IMG/VR virus record: IMGVR_UViG_3300024239_000013
Span: 124,001-188,000 of that record
Reading direction: 5' to 3' (one strand)
DNA: 64,000 bases
Shown: positions 59,307 to 64,000 of the stretch, piece after piece
Layout: every line of letters begins with the position of its first letter
Position numbering within the stretch: position 1 is the stretch's first letter
Translations under genes and position numbers: made by a program
The notes under the pieces: generated by a model
Databases searched by the model: none
Told to the model about the DNA's origin: nothing
Seen by the model: only the letters and a program-made list of their open reading frames with translations

Positions 59307-59855
59307 TTAGTTTTTCGGGGTAAAATAGATCTCGAAAATTTGTTTAGGCTCAATGTAAGTCATATAATATTCTTCCATTTCTTTACTAGATTCAGCTTTT
59401 TTCTTATGAGAAACAGGTATACACATCACATAATCAACTCCGGTTTTATTGATTATTCCCTTAACTATAAATTCAGAATCTACGAAAATATTAATTTCGT
59501 CAGTGTATTCCTCGTCTTCTGGTCTGTCAGCTCTTTCTATTCTGCTTCCATAAATAGCATTTTTTCTAGCGGCCATTCTTTTTCTTTCCTTAGCAACTTC
59601 GTCTGCAACATAAGCTGGAGTTCTTTTTCCTTGAGAAGGTATATCAGCCATAACTGTAATGGTTTCGATTTTTCCATTTTCTTGGTCATCTATAAATTTA
59701 TCGATAACCGATATGATCTCAGGAACTTTTATCACCATAGCTGGTTTCATTCCAGGGTTTTTTACAAATTCAGGCTCATTATAAACTGGTATTCCCGCCT
59801 TTATTTCAAACTCATTAACCGGTGAATAGCTTTCAAATTCTAAAAGATGTTTCAT
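59307..59855 (-). CDS. Hypothetical late protein
   Basis: MKHLLEFESY; GGATATATA upstream. Confidence 0.65.
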   Translation of the reverse strand: MKHLLEFESYSPVNEFEIKAGIPVYNEPEFVKNPGMKPAMVIKVPEIISVIDKFIDDQENGKIETITVMADIPSQGKRTPAYVADEVAKERKRMAARKNAIYGSRIERADRPEDEEYTDEINIFVDSEFIVKGIINKTGVDYVMCIPVSHKKKAESSKEMEEYYMTYIEPKQIFEIYFTPKN

Positions 59856-59902
59856 TATTTAAAATATATTTTTTTTACTATATATCCAAATTAAGGATAT
59901 TT

Positions 59903-61147
59903 TTATTTAGATTGTAATGCTCTCATTCTACGTGCTTTTTCTTGAGCACCCTTTTGATAAAATGCGAGATTTGCTCTTAGTCTATTTTGTTCCTCTTTAG
60001 ATATATCTTTAAAAAAGGGAGCATTTATTATTGCATTAGTTTTTTCAACGGCTATTTCTGGATTTCCTATATAATATGCTGCTAAAGAGTATTCATCTAG
60101 TAATCTCCATTGCCATATCTCAGGTTCTATAAATAGAATATCTGATGTTCCTTTAGTTTTTATTGCTAAGTCACCATAGGCAAATGCAATTAAATATCTT
60201 TTTTGATCCCTTAGTTTTCTCATAACATGGAAAACAGATTCCAATCTAGTTGGTCTATATTCCCATGCTTTAGAATATAAATTAGTTACAGTTTCGTCAT
60301 CCACCCCCATTTTTTCACTAATCTTAGCTATCATGTAAAGAGAATAGTAAACTTCCTCTTCCCATTCGCCCATTTGGACTCTCTTTTTATAAGCTTCTAT
60401 TGATTTTTCTAACTGATTTGAATCTCTATAACTTTGAGCAAGATAGAACATATACCTAGAATTATCTGGCTCTTTAATTAATGCTTCTTCCAATATCTTT
60501 GCATCATTAGCATATTTTTCTTCTAATGAAGATGCTCTTTTTAGTGGTGATATATCAGCTAAAACATAGCAATTTTTTACTTGCCCTTGAAGTGGATTTG
60601 CAGATTCTTCATCTAAAAACAGATATTCGTGTAATACACCTTTATAAATCCAGTTCTGATCTGATTTAACTATTTGTGCTCTATAATATTGAAGTCCACT
60701 AAGTTTATATGAGATTTGATAACAGTCTGGTTTATTGTCCAATCCTGCAAAAGGATTTACCCCCGGTTCTGTATAAAATGTATCGTCGGCATCGATTATC
60801 CATCTATAATCACATTTACCTTTTGCTAAATTCAAGCTCTCTGTTCTATTAACTTCAAAATTAACCCAAGGTCTTTCATACAATTCCCCAGGTATATTGA
60901 GTTCTTTCATGGTCTCATTGATGACATCTATTGTCTTATCTGTAGATCCAGTATCTACTATTACCCAATACTTTATAAAGGGAGCTACTGCAGTCAAACA
61001 TCTTTTTATCGTGTCTTCTTCATCTTTAACGATCATAACCAAACATAAACTGATTGTTTGATCTTTGGAATTTGATAAAGGTTTAATGATTGGACTGGTC
61101 ATCTTAACTGAATTAAATCTCTTATTAGATTTTTTATTTTTGCTCAT
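59903..61147 (-). CDS. GT2 glycosyltransferase with TPR repeats
   Basis: LVMIVKDE, VDTGSTD, IDADD, GVLHE; TPR-like FYLAQSYRD. Confidence 0.88.
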   Translation of the reverse strand: MSKNKKSNKRFNSVKMTSPIIKPLSNSKDQTISLCLVMIVKDEEDTIKRCLTAVAPFIKYWVIVDTGSTDKTIDVINETMKELNIPGELYERPWVNFEVNRTESLNLAKGKCDYRWIIDADDTFYTEPGVNPFAGLDNKPDCYQISYKLSGLQYYRAQIVKSDQNWIYKGVLHEYLFLDEESANPLQGQVKNCYVLADISPLKRASSLEEKYANDAKILEEALIKEPDNSRYMFYLAQSYRDSNQLEKSIEAYKKRVQMGEWEEEVYYSLYMIAKISEKMGVDDETVTNLYSKAWEYRPTRLESVFHVMRKLRDQKRYLIAFAYGDLAIKTKGTSDILFIEPEIWQWRLLDEYSLAAYYIGNPEIAVEKTNAIINAPFFKDISKEEQNRLRANLAFYQKGAQEKARRMRALQSK

Positions 61148-61165
61148 TTTAATTTGATTTAGATA

Positions 61166-61819
61166 TTATAGCGTATCTTTTTGTTTTTTTCCTCTTTTTC
61201 TTGAAATATTTATTTTCTCAACCTCTCCTATTGGACCTAAATTTAGAGTAATGTTATATTTTTCATCAAGATCCTCCTTTATTTTTTGTTTATTTCTATT
61301 CAAGTTCTTTATAGGGAAATCGTGGACTGATATATTGAAATTGTCAAATAACCAAAATTTAAGATGATAATATTTTTTATCGAATATCGAATATTCCAAT
61401 TTTTTATTTTTAGCTCTCATTTTAGTCTCAAATAAATGCTTACTTTTAAAATAAAATTCTATAAAAAACCAGTTATTTGACTTACCAGAGATCTTTAAAT
61501 TTTTACCAAAATCTAATAGGTACAGAACTCTTTTATGATCAAGTTCCATTTTATAATATTTTAGACTGTTTATATTTAATATAGAATCTATCGAATCTGG
61601 TATATTTTCAGATTCACAATATAAGTTTAGAAAACAGGTTATTTCGTTAGTTTCGAAATTTTTAATAGATCTTACATCTATATCATTTGAACCTTTTAAT
61701 ATAGATATAAAATATTCCAGAGATTCATTTAATAGATTTCTCTGGAATATTTCTTTTTCTTTATTCTCACTAAGAGTTTCCTTTAAGGATTTAACGAAAT
61801 CCCTAGTGGCTTTTTTCAT
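61166..61819 (-). CDS. Hypothetical protein
   Basis: 217 aa ORF. Confidence 0.55.
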   Translation of the reverse strand: MKKATRDFVKSLKETLSENKEKEIFQRNLLNESLEYFISILKGSNDIDVRSIKNFETNEITCFLNLYCESENIPDSIDSILNINSLKYYKMELDHKRVLYLLDFGKNLKISGKSNNWFFIEFYFKSKHLFETKMRAKNKKLEYSIFDKKYYHLKFWLFDNFNISVHDFPIKNLNRNKQKIKEDLDEKYNITLNLGPIGEVEKINISRKRGKKQKDTL

Positions 61820-61831
61820 CCGTAAAGGTGT

Positions 61832-62452
61832 TTATTTATTAAAACCTAATTTTTTTGACACTGATTTTAAAACTCCTTCTCTTCCTGAAGTTGCATCTAT
61901 TTTTACTAGCTTTCTACTTCTTTCGTAAAAATCGATAAGAGGGAAGGTTTTTTCGTGATATTCGTCAAATCTTTTATCGATAATTTTATCGCTAGTATCA
62001 TCTTTCCTATTTTCTTTCTTAGCTCTTTCCTTGATTCTTTCTTTAGCTACATCCTCGGGTAGATCTAGAAATAGTGCATGATTTAATCCTAGACCCATTT
62101 TACCTAACATCGAATCAAGTCTCTTCGCTTGTTTAATTGTTCTTGGAAACCCATCAAATATAATACCCTTCTCGATATCAATATTTTTAAGCTCCTTTCT
62201 TAAAATTTTAATCATCATATCATCAGGTAAAAAATTACCTGCCTCAATTATCTTTTTAAGCTCAGGGTCATCAGATTTTCTTATCAGGTCTCCAGTTGAT
62301 ATGTGATTTATTCCATATTTGTCCATCAATTGTTTGGACAAAGTTCCCTTTCCTGATCCAGGAGCACCCAAGATAACAAGGATTTTTCCTTGTTTATCTG
62401 GGAGTTCCCTTTCATTTAAGAATCCACTAAAACTCTTAATTATATTTTCCAT
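61832..62452 (-). CDS. adk: Adenylate kinase with CTS-like N-terminal extension
   Basis: GAPGSGKGT, HISTGDLIR, DGFPRT..QA and R.DD. Confidence 0.92.
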   Translation of the reverse strand: MENIIKSFSGFLNERELPDKQGKILVILGAPGSGKGTLSKQLMDKYGINHISTGDLIRKSDDPELKKIIEAGNFLPDDMMIKILRKELKNIDIEKGIIFDGFPRTIKQAKRLDSMLGKMGLGLNHALFLDLPEDVAKERIKERAKKENRKDDTSDKIIDKRFDEYHEKTFPLIDFYERSRKLVKIDATSGREGVLKSVSKKLGFNK

Positions 62453-62471
62453 TTTTTATTTATATATATTC

Positions 62472-64000
62472 TTAAGATCCACAAGAGATACAATCTTCAG
62501 GATTATCTAAACTACAAGTTATTCCAGAAGCAACCTCATTAGCTGCTTTACTTAACTCCTCACTTGTCATTCCATCTAAATCAATTTTATTTTCAGATTT
62601 AATATTATCAGGTTCAGATTTGGTTGAGCTTTCTTCTGTTATTCTCTGAGCTTTTTTCAACTTCTCTGCGTCTATACCCAGACCTGCTAATGCATCCACT
62701 GCAGATTTAGTTCTTAGATAATACATTCCGGTTTTAAGACCTAGCTGCCAAGAATGGAAGTGTGCTGCTGTAAGTTTAGCCGAATTAACATTCTCTATAA
62801 ATAGATTTAGAGATTGAGATTGACAAATAAACTTACCTCTTTCTGCTGACATTTCAATAAGATCCTTTTGTTTAAGCTCCCAAACTGTTTTATAGATTTC
62901 TCTAATGTTTTCAGGAATCTGTTGAATATTTTGGATCGAACCTTTGTTGAATATGATTAAGTTTTTCATATCTTCATTCCAAAGATCTAATGCAATTAAA
63001 TCTCTAACTAGATGTTTATTAACCAAAATAAATTCTCCACTTAAAGTTCTTCTAGTGTAAATATTAGAAGTGAAAGGCTCAAAAGCTTCATTATTACCCA
63101 TGATCTGTGCAGTAGAAGCAGTTGGCATAGGTGCTAATAATAATGAATTTCTGGTTCCATGTTTCATCACGTCTTTTCTAAGTTTCTCCCAGTCCCATCT
63201 TCCTGAAAGATCGCTATCATTAAATCCCCATAAGTTGAATTGGAATTCTCCTCTGCTTAAAGGAGATCCATCAAAGGTTTCATATTTACCATCTTTTTTA
63301 GCAAGATCCATCGAAGCGGTCATTGCTGCAAAATAGATAGTTTCAAAAATTTCCTCGTTGGTCTTCCTAGCTTCTTGTGAAGTGAAAGGAAGTTTCATAA
63401 TAGCAAAAAGGTCTGCTAATCCCTGAATACCGATACCGATAGGTCTGTGTCTTAAATTAGATTTTCTAGTTTCTGGTGTTGGGTAATAATTAACGTCGAT
63501 AACTTTATTAAGGTTTAAAGTTATCTGATAAACAACATCATAAAGAGCATTATGGTCAACTTCACATTTACCCTTAGATATCTTTGTAGTTCTTGCGTCG
63601 GTTGATTTTAGGAACCTGTTAACCGGAATAGAAGCAAGATTACAAACAGCTTGCTCGTCCTTGTCCGTGTATTCTAAAATCTCAGTACAAAGATTTGAAC
63701 TCTTAATAGTACCCAGATTTTTTTGATTTGATTTTTTATTAGCAGCATCTTTATAAAGCATAAATGGATTACCTGTCTCAATTTGAGCTTCTATAATCTT
63801 TGACCAAAGATCTCTTGCTCTCATTACTTTTTTAGCTTTACCAGCTTTTTCTGCTTCTTCATAAGCTCTTTCAAATTCGTCCCCGTATTTTTCCCATAAT
63901 CCAGGAACCTCAGAAGGTGAGAACAAGCTCCATTCTTCGTCATTTTTTACTCTCTTCATGAAAAGATCTGGTGTCCATAAAGCAAGGAATAAATCTCTAG
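62472..64000 (-). CDS. nrdA: Class Ia ribonucleotide reductase alpha subunit (5' part outside window)
   Basis: SNLCTEI, VCNLAS, APMPTAST, LKTGMYY and C-terminal C..C; the frame stays open to the window edge. Confidence 0.95.
   Translation of the reverse strand, partial: RDLFLALWTPDLFMKRVKNDEEWSLFSPSEVPGLWEKYGDEFERAYEEAEKAGKAKKVMRARDLWSKIIEAQIETGNPFMLYKDAANKKSNQKNLGTIKSSNLCTEILEYTDKDEQAVCNLASIPVNRFLKSTDARTTKISKGKCEVDHNALYDVVYQITLNLNKVIDVNYYPTPETRKSNLRHRPIGIGIQGLADLFAIMKLPFTSQEARKTNEEIFETIYFAAMTASMDLAKKDGKYETFDGSPLSRGEFQFNLWGFNDSDLSGRWDWEKLRKDVMKHGTRNSLLLAPMPTASTAQIMGNNEAFEPFTSNIYTRRTLSGEFILVNKHLVRDLIALDLWNEDMKNLIIFNKGSIQNIQQIPENIREIYKTVWELKQKDLIEMSAERGKFICQSQSLNLFIENVNSAKLTAAHFHSWQLGLKTGMYYLRTKSAVDALAGLGIDAEKLKKAQRITEESSTKSEPDNIKSENKIDLDGMTSEELSKAANEVASGITCSLDNPEDCISCGS

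Noticed and set aside
2033-63336. Other short ORFs antisense to or nested in assigned genes (e.g. 3298..3786, 52430..52834, 58484..58966, 59340..59825)
   Set aside because: They overlap well-supported genes, have F/S/I/L-rich shadow composition and show no motifs.

Overview
AT-rich (roughly 30% GC by eye), gene-dense window read in the standard bacterial code, with most genes on the minus strand. It is best read as part of a large T4-like (jumbo) phage genome. TAnnTTTG promoters and a GE...AA tmRNA tag point to a Bacteroidota host. Replication and repair genes: Dda-like helicase, C-terminal half of a split family B polymerase, probable sliding clamp, two topoisomerase II subunits, RNase HII and UvsE. 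Nucleotide and NAD genes: NrdA, ThyA plus a second dCMP-type thymidylate-synthase homologue, adenylate kinase, and a Prs-like/Nampt-like (NARP1-type) pair. Also present: several glycosyltransferases including a TibC/AAH-like heptosyltransferase fusion, two peptidoglycan hydrolases, a tmRNA, an IS200/IS605 element and two free-standing homing endonucleases. Most unusual observations: (1) RNase HII is interrupted inside its catalytic DEVGRG motif by GGC-TGA-A-GGC, with a GC-rich hairpin directly upstream and a homing-endonuclease (NUMOD3) remnant next to it, a candidate 7-nt ribosomal hop cassette analogous to T4 mobA/gene 60; (2) a promoter- and terminator-bounded pair of Y-RNA-like stem units near a TROVE/vWA-like gene; (3) a T4 CTS-like N-terminal tag on many late genes, including enzymes; (4) three copies of the thyA 3' end bracketing small ORFs; (5) a gene enclosed by palindromic inverted repeats with a hammerhead-like 5' UTR. 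All family assignments come from motif recognition only; no database searches were run.
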